A DNA stretch of 45,599 nucleotides, taken from the IMG/VR virus record IMGVR_UViG_3300017911_001692, positions 1 to 45,599 of that record; one strand, 5' to 3'. The stretch comes from a virus (taxonomy: Duplodnaviria > Caudoviricetes). The position numbers and the translations under genes are program-made. Positions 27,467 through 37,004 of this stretch are shown one piece after another. The notes under the pieces were generated by a model. That model did no database searches. It saw nothing but the letters and a program-made list of their open reading frames with translations, and had not been told where the DNA came from. Each line of letters opens with the position of its first letter. Within the stretch, counting starts at the first letter, position 1.

Positions 27467-27994
27467 CTACTTCTTCTTAAACGGATTGCCGTATTTGTCG
27501 AATAGTCCAGCCGTGCGGCTTGCACCCGTCAGCACCGTGCCGCCCGCAGCCAGAAAACCCTGTGTCCGTGCGGCTCGTCCCTGCTGTCTTGTGAGCACAG
27601 ATTGTGACCTCAAATTTTCAGCCTCAAACTGCAGATCTCTGGCGCGTTGTTCTGCATTGGCGCGGATAATCTCAGCGTCAAGTGCGCCCTGTTCTTCTGT
27701 GGCAACAAGCACATCAAGCGGCGAACCGGAAGCCAGCTCGACACCGCTTGCACCTATACGCGCCTCCATGTCACCCACACGCTGCGCCGTTTCTCGCTGC
27801 CTGCGCACGACATCAGTCACGCCCTTTTCGCGCTCCTGCTGAGCCTTGCGGTCGGCAAGTATGGCGTTATTGCGCTGCACAGCGGCGTTATACTTGGCCG
27901 CCTCATTCGCCGCCATGCCCGCTTGGATTTGTGAATATCCCGTCAGCGCTGTCCCGGCGACGGTTGCGGCGATTGCGATAGTAGGGTCACACAT
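27467..27994 (-). CDS. Internal virion protein (T7 gp14-like)
   Basis: MCDPT start with Ala/Gly-rich N-terminus; GASGVELASGSPLDV motif. Confidence 0.8.
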   Translation of the reverse strand: MCDPTIAIAATVAGTALTGYSQIQAGMAANEAAKYNAAVQRNNAILADRKAQQEREKGVTDVVRRQRETAQRVGDMEARIGASGVELASGSPLDVLVATEEQGALDAEIIRANAEQRARDLQFEAENLRSQSVLTRQQGRAARTQGFLAAGGTVLTGASRTAGLFDKYGNPFKKK

Positions 27995-27995
27995 G

Positions 27996-28454
27996 TCAGG
28001 CTCTCCACTCGAAACGACGAAAAGGCTTGTTTGCAGCGCCGTAAGGAGCCGGATCGTCAAGTGTAAAGCCTAACCAGCCGAGCCAATCTTTTGCTGTTGT
28101 GTTCCTATCGTCAACATAATTGAACAAGTAATTATAATCGTTTTTCCACGCCGCGACAACATCTTGACTATGTCGACCAAACTTGACCTTGTAATCGGCG
28201 ATGTAATTCGTACCCACCATCCACGGCACGCCCACGCTTTCAACCGCTGAGACAGGCACAACGCCATAAACCGCGATTGGCTTGTCATCAATATAGCTCA
28301 TGATCGCATCGCTTGCACCGATACCGCGTGCGATAACCATGGAAGACAGCACGCCCGTAGCGTCCTCAAGCTCGACGCGGTCAGCCTCACGGATATGGGC
28401 CATGATGTGGTATACATGCGACACTCTGGCAGGTTCAAATCTGACTTCCATCAC
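27996..28454 (-). CDS. T7 gp13-like (DUF2833 / GNAT-fold) virion assembly protein
   Basis: IREADRVE...GVPWMVGT...LFNYVDDRN...WLGWLGF. Confidence 0.8.
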   Translation of the reverse strand: MMEVRFEPARVSHVYHIMAHIREADRVELEDATGVLSSMVIARGIGASDAIMSYIDDKPIAVYGVVPVSAVESVGVPWMVGTNYIADYKVKFGRHSQDVVAAWKNDYNYLFNYVDDRNTTAKDWLGWLGFTLDDPAPYGAANKPFRRFEWRA

Positions 28455-30745
28455 GATCCCCCCATCGCCAAGTCTGGCATAATTGACAGTATCTCAGCCG
28501 GTAACGGCTCCTGTGACTGAATAAACACGCGGCCCTTTTCGTCCCAGCCAGTCTCTGGGACGATCTCTGCTATGCCGCTTCTGAGCGCAATGGGGTCCGT
28601 GTAATTCTCACGCGCCAATGGTTTCAGCTCGACCAAGTTTGCGTCCGCATTCTGACCGACAAACAAACCCCGCGTGTCCTTTAGGTCAAGGAAGACTTTT
28701 GCGATGGCCCGCTTGCGTGGCCGCAGAGCGCCGCTATTCGTGTCCACATTGATATCAAGCGTCTCAAGGTCAGCTGTGTAGCCAAGCCCGACGCTTGCCT
28801 TGCTGGCCGCATTAGTGAGCGTTATCGCGCCATTGGTGACAGTCTTGTCAGGCAGAACATTGCCATCGGCCAGCACCTTCACAGTCTCGCCTTCCAAGTG
28901 CCACAATCCCGTCAGCGTGGACGTCGCCGCGCCGTTATAGGTCAGGCCGCTATCTACGAAGAAAGCATCCTTCTGATCAGTAAAGTGACGGCTTGCCATG
29001 CGCTCAATGAAACGATAGTCCTGACCACCCAATGTGCGCTTGACCACAAAGTAGACAGCGTTTTCACTGCCTTCCGAAACAGTCGCCACATTCTCAAATA
29101 TGCCGTCCGCAGTGTCGTGACGATGCCAGCCCCACACCTCATGCTCTCGCACATATGTGAGGCCAAGCAGCGAGCCATCAGAGCGACACGCCCAGCAAAT
29201 TGAATGTGGTACTTTGGCAAATCCCCAATCCCGTATCGTATAGCCTTCGAATAGATGCCTGCTCATAATCGACAAATCAGAGCCTGTATACTTGTCAGAG
29301 CTGAACTGATAGTAAAGATCACGGATCGCCTGTGCTTTATCCTCGACGTATAGGATTGTGTCCGAGATCAGGATAGGTGGCACATCCGCGCAGCCGCTAT
29401 AGGATTGCACGTCAACCTTGATCGATGCAGGCGAGATAGGCTCATTCTCACCTTGACCGCCCGCGCCCCAGACAGCCCCAGATGTCAGCAGGATTAAATC
29501 GCCAAGCGGCACCATGTGCCGGATCTTGTTGACCTGCCTAGCGTTGATCGTAAACTCGATGGCGTCGCTCGCCTTCGGTACGCGTGAGCTGTCATGGTTT
29601 GCATAGTTTGCAGTCTGACTGAGCCACACGGTTTGCGGGTTGTCATTACTGGCGCTCCAAGCCAGCCTGTCCTGGAAAAAGGACACGTTCGAGGGATACT
29701 TGTCTGCACCGCTGAATGGATTGTAATTCTCAGGCGGTGTGTCAGTCGTGTCAGGGATATAGTTGACATCTGTGAACGTAGTCGTGTCAGACGTGCCGAC
29801 AAAGCCAAATATCCCACCATACTTGCGATAGATGTTATAGGCATCGGCACCCGTGGCAGCGCTCCAGGTTACTGTCATCTTCTCGCCCTGCTCCCAGTAA
29901 TTGTGGAAGTCAATGGCCGAAACAGGTGTTGACGCGATGCTCTCCTCATTGCCGTCTATAGTGGTGATAACATAGGACTCGACTTGAGATGAGTCCGTGC
30001 CGGAATAGGTGGCAGACGTGGGCACGGGCGCGGTGGCCGCCGAGGCAATAGAAAAGGTCGAGAGTGTCCAGCTTGTGTCAGACGTCCGCGACAGTTTGCG
30101 TGGCGCATGGCTAGGGTGTGCTATATATAACACATCCGCAGACTGGGCGAACTTGATGTCCTGGGCATCGCTTGCGCTGTATGGCGTGGCGATCTCGTAC
30201 ACACGGGCGACAGTCCCGCCAGATGTATAAGCCGTGTAGTTTGTTGTGTCGACGGCAACGCCCTTGACTGTGGTAAGCGTAAAGGTGTTTGTTGTCGCGT
30301 TTGCCACGATCAGCGTGCGTTGATTAAGCTCAGTCATGCCACCGACGCCGCTAACATAGACATGGTCGCCATTAGTGTAACTATGACCTGTAACAGTAAC
30401 AACGCCAGGGTTAGCGTTCGTAATCCCTGTTATGTTTTGACTGGCCTCAAGCACCTGCCCGCCATCCTTGATGACACGCATATACTGATCGCCGAACTCA
30501 AGGATATAAGTCTGCGTGGTCGAGAACTCGAAGGGGATGATCCGCGTCTCGTCAGCGTGGTCCTTCACCTCGCAAATAAATTGCGTACCGGCACGCTTCG
30601 AGACGCCGCCTTCCGGTCGTATGAAAAAGTTACGACATGTGCGCAGAGACGAAATATAACGCGACAAGTCCACGCGTCCGTAAAGCGACGGGGACACCTC
30701 ACCACCGGTAAAGGATGTCTGCTGCAGTGTGCCCTTCTGTGGCAT
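28451..30745 (-). CDS. Tail nozzle (tail tubular protein B)
   Basis: QTSFTGGEVSPSLYGRVD...GGVSKRAGT; YPS.V.FFQDRL; 764 aa. Confidence 0.88.
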   Translation of the reverse strand: MPQKGTLQQTSFTGGEVSPSLYGRVDLSRYISSLRTCRNFFIRPEGGVSKRAGTQFICEVKDHADETRIIPFEFSTTQTYILEFGDQYMRVIKDGGQVLEASQNITGITNANPGVVTVTGHSYTNGDHVYVSGVGGMTELNQRTLIVANATTNTFTLTTVKGVAVDTTNYTAYTSGGTVARVYEIATPYSASDAQDIKFAQSADVLYIAHPSHAPRKLSRTSDTSWTLSTFSIASAATAPVPTSATYSGTDSSQVESYVITTIDGNEESIASTPVSAIDFHNYWEQGEKMTVTWSAATGADAYNIYRKYGGIFGFVGTSDTTTFTDVNYIPDTTDTPPENYNPFSGADKYPSNVSFFQDRLAWSASNDNPQTVWLSQTANYANHDSSRVPKASDAIEFTINARQVNKIRHMVPLGDLILLTSGAVWGAGGQGENEPISPASIKVDVQSYSGCADVPPILISDTILYVEDKAQAIRDLYYQFSSDKYTGSDLSIMSRHLFEGYTIRDWGFAKVPHSICWACRSDGSLLGLTYVREHEVWGWHRHDTADGIFENVATVSEGSENAVYFVVKRTLGGQDYRFIERMASRHFTDQKDAFFVDSGLTYNGAATSTLTGLWHLEGETVKVLADGNVLPDKTVTNGAITLTNAASKASVGLGYTADLETLDINVDTNSGALRPRKRAIAKVFLDLKDTRGLFVGQNADANLVELKPLARENYTDPIALRSGIAEIVPETGWDEKGRVFIQSQEPLPAEILSIMPDLAMGGS

Positions 30746-31350
30746 TACGCCCTCGCCGCTATGTGGTCAGCTTCCCACTCGTCAGGTTGCTCATAGGCTT
30801 CCTGATTATTGGCAAGCTGCGCCGCTGACAGTTTCAGTTGATACCATTGGTTAAGTCGCTCAGTCAGCTGCAGGTCTTTTGTCATGGGCATGGCGATCTC
30901 AGACGCAATTTTCAGCGCCAGCGCATCGACGACCAGCTCAGGCAGAATTGCCTCATCCCGGATGACACGCGTGTAAACGGCCTGCGCCGTCTCAGTGTCA
31001 GTCCAGATCAGCTTGGTTTCGCCATCATTTGTGCCCAGCTCATAGGGGTAAGAACGATTTGTTTGTGGGTCATAGGCAGCATCGAAGATATAGCGGATAG
31101 CCAGCGCCTCGGATGGCATGGCGTAGCTATATGACCAGTGGCCCGGCGCAGTACCAGAGAGTGCAAGTGTCACGCTGGTCCGTGCGAAATTCCAGTCGAA
31201 GGATCGGATCAGGCTGTCACGCGATTGCTCATAAACCAGGTTGCAGCGTATGGCAGCCGTGCTGTTTTCGCTCAAACTCTGGATCGTATTCGCGTGACCA
31301 ATATAACCCAAAGCGAGGTTACAGATTTGCACTTGTGATGAAACAGCCAT
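30745..31350 (-). CDS. Tail adaptor (tail tubular protein A)
   Basis: VQICNLALGYIG...WNFA; 201 aa; precedes the nozzle. Confidence 0.88.
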   Translation of the reverse strand: MAVSSQVQICNLALGYIGHANTIQSLSENSTAAIRCNLVYEQSRDSLIRSFDWNFARTSVTLALSGTAPGHWSYSYAMPSEALAIRYIFDAAYDPQTNRSYPYELGTNDGETKLIWTDTETAQAVYTRVIRDEAILPELVVDALALKIASEIAMPMTKDLQLTERLNQWYQLKLSAAQLANNQEAYEQPDEWEADHIAARA

Positions 31351-31365
31351 TCTGTAACCTTACGT

Positions 31366-31581
31366 TTAGTGTTTGGGCAGTGCGCCTGCGTCAGCTGCCT
31401 CTTTCAGGGTCATCGGTTCTTGTGGTTTAGCAGGGCGTCTCGCCCGCTTCTTAGCCTCAGGCTCAGTGAGCACCTCAGCAGATGAGGGCAAGCGGCTCTT
31501 GTATTTATCAGGAACCTCTTGCACCCCTTTCTTGAACTGATAGCCCTCGATGTAGAATGAATTTTTAAAATCGACTTTCAT
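31366..31581 (-). CDS. Small hypothetical virion-operon protein
   Basis: RBS AAGGAG; fills the gap between cement and adaptor. Confidence 0.7.
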   Translation of the reverse strand: MKVDFKNSFYIEGYQFKKGVQEVPDKYKSRLPSSAEVLTEPEAKKRARRPAKPQEPMTLKEAADAGALPKH

Positions 31582-31594
31582 CGAGGGCTACTCC

Positions 31595-32047
31595 TTAGTT
31601 GGTGGCGTCCGCGTAGGCCTTCCAGCCTTCGGGATCAGTGGTCAGGAACGCATTCACAGCGCCTGCAGTCAGTGCGGCAGTGCCGACGTTCTGCAGGATG
31701 CCGAGATAACGCTCATAGGCCTGGCCTTCGCGTGGCAGAGCGATGACAGTGGCGACATAGCCAGATGTCAGTGTTGCCTTGCCAATAGCAGAGGTGGCGT
31801 GGTGAACAGTGGCCGAGCCATCAGTGGCGATAGCCGCTGCAGCATCTGAGGCTAGCTCAAATGATACAGTAGCAGCACCAGCAGATGTGACAGCTGTGGT
31901 CACCTGAACAACCAGATAAAGCTGTTCGCCTTGGCCAATGTCACGGGCTGTGCCCAGATCGATTACGTCGCCAACCAGAGCACGGCCTGTGCCGGAAGTG
32001 CTCAGAGCGGTGGCGTCCGCGAACTCAAGTCTTTCGTCGAGAAGCAT
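31595..32047 (-). CDS. Capsid cement/decoration protein (BPP-1 Bbp16-like)
   Basis: MLLDERLEFAD...DVIDLG...DIGQG...RYLG...TAGAVNAFL; follows the major capsid gene. Confidence 0.8.
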   Translation of the reverse strand: MLLDERLEFADATALSTSGTGRALVGDVIDLGTARDIGQGEQLYLVVQVTTAVTSAGAATVSFELASDAAAAIATDGSATVHHATSAIGKATLTSGYVATVIALPREGQAYERYLGILQNVGTAALTAGAVNAFLTTDPEGWKAYADATN

Positions 32048-32061
32048 TATTATCTCTCCTA

Positions 32062-33054
32062 TTAAGTGATTTGAGCTTCGTCGCCAGCAAGGGCGTCGCA
32101 GCGTTTGATCGGAATGTCATGCCAGCGGGTCTGCATTGTTCCGCCTACATTGTCGATAGACAGAGTAGACTGAGAAACAGCAGCAGAAGTCTGACGGCGA
32201 AGGAAGCCAAGCATTGAGCGATCCATGTAGAAACATGCACGGCCAGCACCCAGGTTCGGGATCTGAGTGACAGCTTGGTGCATCAGATCGTTCAGATCTG
32301 GGCCAGTAGCTGCATCAGAAGTCCGGGCAGAGCGGTCGATGTTCGCAATACGAACAACATAACGCCAGTCAGGAACAGCGATACCCACATCAAAGCGATA
32401 GTGAGTGCGGTAAACCTGATACATAGATCCATCAGAGTTTACCTTCGTGTCCTCGCCCAGGTCGCGCACCTGCATCCCGGCAGTAGAGCCTTTCGGGATG
32501 ATGCCAAAGCATGTGCGCGGTGACCAAACGATCAGCCAGATAGAGCCGTTATCTGAACCTGTGCCGCCCGCGTCGATGATGTTCTCAGCATTGTTAGCGG
32601 AGAGATCGTTGAAGCGTGGAGCCAGACCCTTGAACTTCTCAGGTGTGGTGGCTGTGTCGTTATAGAAGATGCCGTTAGCAACTTCCTGCGAAAAGCCTTC
32701 GATAATCGCACGATCCTGAGACAGGCGATAAGCGGCTTTGTTGTTAGCCAAGTCAGCCAGACGCTTGTCAATCTCTGAGTAGTTCTCAAGGATTGCAGTG
32801 GTGTCTGTTACAGCGACGGTTGTGCCTTTAGTAGGTTGAACGCCACCATAAAACTTGGTGTAGGTTGGATCAGGAATACCTGTGCGGACAGTGTGCTGGT
32901 GACCTGTCAGAAGGTTGCCTTCCTGGAAAGTGATGTCATCCATCACTTCGTTTGTTTCGTTGAGGATTTCAACGATATCAGCTATCGCGCCGTCCGGGTC
33001 CTTGAGCTTAGCAAGGTCCAGCAGGGTCGGATTGCTGGCTGTCAATGTAGCCAT
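32062..33054 (-). CDS. Major capsid protein (BPP-1-like)
   Basis: PTLLDLAK..DPDG..IVEIL..TNE; DWRYVVRIANID; IPIKRCDAL; RBS AGGAG. Confidence 0.92.
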   Translation of the reverse strand: MATLTASNPTLLDLAKLKDPDGAIADIVEILNETNEVMDDITFQEGNLLTGHQHTVRTGIPDPTYTKFYGGVQPTKGTTVAVTDTTAILENYSEIDKRLADLANNKAAYRLSQDRAIIEGFSQEVANGIFYNDTATTPEKFKGLAPRFNDLSANNAENIIDAGGTGSDNGSIWLIVWSPRTCFGIIPKGSTAGMQVRDLGEDTKVNSDGSMYQVYRTHYRFDVGIAVPDWRYVVRIANIDRSARTSDAATGPDLNDLMHQAVTQIPNLGAGRACFYMDRSMLGFLRRQTSAAVSQSTLSIDNVGGTMQTRWHDIPIKRCDALAGDEAQIT

Positions 33055-33065
33055 GATCTAATCTC

Positions 33066-33674
33066 CTATGTTCTGGCCATTGAGGGATAGAGCTTTTCTT
33101 CTAAGGATTTTTCATTGCGAATAGGGGCAGACTTGCCGTCCATCGCATCCTCAGAAAGTGAAGCCCCGACGCGATGCATAAACTTGATCATTTCAGGGTT
33201 GTTTCCCATTCCAGTCTCAAGCAGCATTTTGCTGAAACCCTCGCCAGCATACGCAACGGCTTTCTTGGCGATCTCGACATTAGTATCGAACTGATTGCCC
33301 CATTCCGTTTTGATCTCACTGGTCCAGTTTTCAGCGACTTCTTTTTGAAGCGCACCTTGGCTCTCAGCCATCTTGAGCTGGTAATCAGAGAAGAAACTCA
33401 CGAGCTTCTGCGCCTGATCCTGGCTCAGCTTGAGGTCTTGAAACAATGGTTTCGCTTCATCCAGTAATGCGGCGTCAAGCTCGATGCCTTCCGGCGTCTC
33501 GAACTCTCCATATTCTACGGCATCACCTTCGTTGCTCTCGGCTGTGGCCTCGGCCTCAGCTTCGGGCGTGGCATCTACGGTCGCGTCATTTTCCGCAGGG
33601 GCCTCAGTGGATACATCACCAGCGTCCGCGTCAGTGGTCTCTTGTGCGGCCAGAACAGTGTCAGTTTCCAACAT
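33066..33674 (-). CDS. Capsid scaffolding protein
   Basis: Acidic; LSQDQAQKLV, EWG, GNNPEMIKF...G...SED; directly before the major capsid gene. Confidence 0.82.
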   Translation of the reverse strand: MLETDTVLAAQETTDADAGDVSTEAPAENDATVDATPEAEAEATAESNEGDAVEYGEFETPEGIELDAALLDEAKPLFQDLKLSQDQAQKLVSFFSDYQLKMAESQGALQKEVAENWTSEIKTEWGNQFDTNVEIAKKAVAYAGEGFSKMLLETGMGNNPEMIKFMHRVGASLSEDAMDGKSAPIRNEKSLEEKLYPSMART

Positions 33675-33768
33675 TCTTACTTAATCCTTCTTTACGCGCA
33701 TTGTGCGCCTGTTGCTTTTCTATCACACCAGTGACATAAGCGCAACACACGCATTTATTGATCTGTCG

Positions 33769-34101
33769 TCAATCCTGTCCGAGAAATTCCATGTCATCAG
33801 GCTTGCCGTCTTTTTGTTTGATGTCGAAGTCGTCGATATTGGCGTGCTCATTCTGCATCTGCAGGAACAGCTTGGGCGTGATCTGCGTGTCACGCAGGAG
33901 CATCAGGCCCACCGAGCGCCTGCCTTCGTTATACATGCCCCATGCATTGCCGGTCGCGGTCGTGGAGTAAATGCCACACTTACACAGCACGGCCCAGATC
34001 AGACGCCTGCCCTCATGCGTATCAAGCACGGCCTTCAAGTCCTCGAAATACTGATCGCGTTTAGATACCGCCGGTAAGTCGCTGGATTGCACTATCTTCA
34101 C
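33769..34101 (-). CDS. Bbp19-like small head-operon protein (start uncertain)
   Basis: DLKAVLDTHEGRRLIW...YNEGRRSVGL; lies between portal and scaffold. Confidence 0.75.
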   Translation of the reverse strand: MKIVQSSDLPAVSKRDQYFEDLKAVLDTHEGRRLIWAVLCKCGIYSTTATGNAWGMYNEGRRSVGLMLLRDTQITPKLFLQMQNEHANIDDFDIKQKDGKPDDMEFLGQD

Positions 34102-35707
34102 TCACGTTAATTTCACTGGCTGTCTTCGCGGCCTGAGCGCCTTGCGCCGCCATCTCCATGGCCTGGGCCTGCTGTGCCGCTTGAGCGCGGGCAGAGCGCA
34201 TCTGGGCCACTTCTTCGTCAGGCCTGATCACGCGACTCGGCACGCCAAGGATTTGCGCATATTCGTCGAGCGCCTCGTCATAGTTCACCTTGTCGATGAC
34301 ATCGGGGTTCATAGCCGCCATGCCACCCGCTGCGTTGATCAGGCGTTCAATAGAGCTGGCGCCGACACTCTGCTGAGCCTGAGCCAGCATAGAAATATAC
34401 TCGACACGCAGATCTATACCTTCCAAGTCAGACGGCGCTTCTGGCAGCATTCCATTGCGGGACATAATCGCAAACACGCGGTCGATGCAGGGATCGAGCA
34501 ACTCAGTTTGCACACGCTGCAATGCGGGGCCCAGCACTAGGAGTTTTTCTTCGTTACGAAGCGCCACCTCGGTGGCAGTCCTGACATCATCTTGCTGGCT
34601 GATCATTAGGAACATGTCGACGAAATAGGTCTCATTAATGCGACGCTGCACCTCGGCGATGTCCTGGTTCATCTCAATCAGGCGCGGCTGCAGCTCATAC
34701 AGCGGGCGAATGCCCTGCTGACCATTCGTGATATCGTAATAGTTCACGTCACCCGGCAGAACACTCAGCGGCCCACTAGCCTTGATCGAGCTGGGTGCCT
34801 GCAATGGCGGGTTGACCATTTTGTCGATGGCCTGAGCCTTGCGCTTCTGCTGGAATTGTAATTGTTTGACGCCGCCCAAGGCTATCATGCCCGGACAATC
34901 GACGCCATAATCGTCCATTGCGGTCGCGGACCAGCGAGGGCACATAGATGGAAACTCCATAAACCCCCGCCTGCCGAGATACCTTTTCTGTTCACCCCCT
35001 TTCTCAAACCACACCGAACGATACGGCATGTTTAGGAAATCATTGCGCCCAGGCACCCTGTCGTCATTCGGCTCAATGCCCTGAACCAATTCGATGCGGG
35101 TCTCAAGCTGATCATTCTTGAACAGATTGCGGACGTTCTGAGAGACGTTATCCTCGCCATACAGCCGCACGATCTCGCCCACTTTCTTTGTGGTCCGGCG
35201 ATACATCGTGTCAACGATCATGCGTTCATTTGTCGAGATATAGAACTCACCGACGGGGTGATGATAGAACCAGACGCCTGTGTTGATGTCCTCAAGCGCC
35301 GACATAGACGCCGTGCCAAACGTGGCAAGATCGTCATAGATATTGGCGATGACTTGGTAAAAGTTTGACCGCGCCAGCAGAATAAATATGCGACGCTCGA
35401 CTTCCTCAAGCCACAGTTTGATGGCGTAGTTTTCCATCATATCGGCATCTGGTGTGACCAACTTAAGCCATGGCCGGGCTGGCGATGTCATGCCACTGAC
35501 AAAGCCGGACACCAGAACGCGGCGCGCCCGGATCGCAGTCTCGTCGACTATTTTGTTATATTTCTTCTGGCCGTCATTTTCTTCATCCTTCGACAGGCGA
35601 AGGCGAGAAGGAGCGATATAATCATTGATATCCTGCCAGTGTGACTCGAAGTCGGAGCGGATATTCTCAAGCTGATTGAGGCGCTTGTGATAGGCCGTGC
35701 TGGGCAT
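34061..35707 (-). CDS. Portal (head-tail connector)
   Basis: SGMTSPARPW, DLATFGTA, RTATEV..R.EEKL..LGP, EYISMLAQAQ. Confidence 0.93.
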   Translation of the reverse strand: MPSTAYHKRLNQLENIRSDFESHWQDINDYIAPSRLRLSKDEENDGQKKYNKIVDETAIRARRVLVSGFVSGMTSPARPWLKLVTPDADMMENYAIKLWLEEVERRIFILLARSNFYQVIANIYDDLATFGTASMSALEDINTGVWFYHHPVGEFYISTNERMIVDTMYRRTTKKVGEIVRLYGEDNVSQNVRNLFKNDQLETRIELVQGIEPNDDRVPGRNDFLNMPYRSVWFEKGGEQKRYLGRRGFMEFPSMCPRWSATAMDDYGVDCPGMIALGGVKQLQFQQKRKAQAIDKMVNPPLQAPSSIKASGPLSVLPGDVNYYDITNGQQGIRPLYELQPRLIEMNQDIAEVQRRINETYFVDMFLMISQQDDVRTATEVALRNEEKLLVLGPALQRVQTELLDPCIDRVFAIMSRNGMLPEAPSDLEGIDLRVEYISMLAQAQQSVGASSIERLINAAGGMAAMNPDVIDKVNYDEALDEYAQILGVPSRVIRPDEEVAQMRSARAQAAQQAQAMEMAAQGAQAAKTASEINVSEDSAIQRLTGGI

Positions 35708-35710
35708 CGC

Positions 35711-35917
35711 TTAGCCTCCCAGCAATGTACGGCCTGCAGTGTTGCCAGAATAAGCGCCACCCATCGGACTGGTCAGGATAGTCGATTGCCTGCCTGAGCC
35801 CGCACGGCGCTGTCGCGCACGCTGGCCGACACGGCTTACATTACCGCCAGTTGGTTGCGGAACAGCAGCCGCAGTAGGCGGAGCGGGCGGAGCGGGTGAT
35901 CGTGGCGCAGTACACAT
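35711..35917 (-). CDS. Small Pro/Arg-rich virion protein upstream of portal
   Basis: MC start, GRQSTILT...TLLG C-terminus typical of this gene position. Confidence 0.7.
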   Translation of the reverse strand: MCTAPRSPAPPAPPTAAAVPQPTGGNVSRVGQRARQRRAGSGRQSTILTSPMGGAYSGNTAGRTLLGG

Positions 35918-35965
35918 ACTGATTTAATATCATGGACGTGGCAGAATTGCAACACTGTAAAAATA

Positions 35966-36003
35966 TTGAGTTTACTTCAATTATATTATTGACTTTACTT
36001 CAA
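35966..36003. promoter_or_regulatory. Tandem TTGA-N7-TCAA operator-like sites
   Basis: ttgagtttacttcaa 35966-35980 and ttgactttacttcaa 35989-36003 in an AT-rich divergent gap. Confidence 0.7.
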
Positions 36004-36072
36004 TTAGGTGCAATCTGTCACGTATTGGAGCCATCCAATAGTTATTTGACATTTACGAAGGGGGACCGCGAC

Positions 36073-36741
36073 ATGCGGACTTTACTCACCAGCGCAGGGG
36101 TGGCCTGCGCAATCGCTCTCGCTCTTTGCTTCTCGGCGTTATCTGCGTCATTCTGGATCATCGAGCTTACAGGACAGCACAGAGCTGTGATCGCCATTGC
36201 GGTGATCGGCTCTGTCTGCGTCTCGCTTCTGGGGCCAGCCTGCGCATTCCTATCGCGCTCATACAGCTGGGCTCTCCTGGTACCAGCCGTTATCTTCATC
36301 GGCGCGGACTGTTACCAGAACACACTCGGCTATCAAACCTTCAAAGGCCTGACAGTCAGCAGCGAAGTCGAAGCCGCTGAGGCCCGGCTCGCCACCGCCC
36401 AGAAGGCGCTTGACGATCTGCCACTGCCAAACGCTAGTGGTCAAATCAGACAGCTAAGCACCTGGACAGCGTTAAATCTGGCACTCACTGAGCGCCGCGA
36501 CACTGCCCGCGCAGACCTGCAAGCTCTCGCACCCACCGACACCAGCTTCTGGATTGTCGGCGTGGTGATGGCAGTAATCCAGTTTGCCCTCAGCCTGATC
36601 TTCGGCTGTCTCGGCAAGCGCAGAACACGGGCCATGCCTCTCCGGTCACAGCCCAGACATAAACGCACAGAACACCTGCCATACGATCCTGAGATCGTGA
36701 ACATCATGGACAGGATCAACAAAAAGATGACAGCGGTTTAA
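36073..36741 (+). CDS. Moron-like membrane protein (about 4 TM plus coiled coil), antisense to the late operon
   Basis: AAGGGGG RBS before ATG 36073; three N-terminal and one C-terminal hydrophobic helices; own terminator. Confidence 0.75.
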   Translation: MRTLLTSAGVACAIALALCFSALSASFWIIELTGQHRAVIAIAVIGSVCVSLLGPACAFLSRSYSWALLVPAVIFIGADCYQNTLGYQTFKGLTVSSEVEAAEARLATAQKALDDLPLPNASGQIRQLSTWTALNLALTERRDTARADLQALAPTDTSFWIVGVVMAVIQFALSLIFGCLGKRRTRAMPLRSQPRHKRTEHLPYDPEIVNIMDRINKKMTAV

Positions 36742-36745
36742 ACTC

Positions 36746-36775
36746 AAGCCCTCAGTTTTTGCTGGGGGCTTTTTT
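36746..36775 (+). terminator. Rho-independent terminator
   Basis: aagccctcag-loop-ctgggggctt followed by a T tract. Confidence 0.8.
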
Positions 36776-36779
36776 GTGT

Positions 36780-37001
36780 CTACTCGTCAGACATCACCAC
36801 GTCATACTCGGCGCGCCTGAGCAGCATCAGGTTCGTGCCCGCATCAGGAATAGATGTGACAAAATACTCATCACCATCCTTATCGATGCCCAGAACAAAC
36901 ACAGCATCGAGCTTGCCCATGGCATCCTGCAGCACGCGATCAGCCGCATCGCCTGGGTCTCGTTTGTTTTTGTGCAGCTCAAATATGTTGCTCATGCTCA
37001 C
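36780..37001 (-). CDS. Small hypothetical phage protein
   Basis: 73 aa directly after terL; LDAVFVLGIDKDGDEYFVTS. Confidence 0.7.
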   Translation of the reverse strand: MSMSNIFELHKNKRDPGDAADRVLQDAMGKLDAVFVLGIDKDGDEYFVTSIPDAGTNLMLLRRAEYDVVMSDE

Positions 37002-37004
37002 CCC

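Noticed and set aside
35932-36072. 47-aa N-terminal extension of the membrane moron in the ORF track
   Set aside because: It runs through the AT-rich operator region; a good RBS precedes ATG 36073 instead
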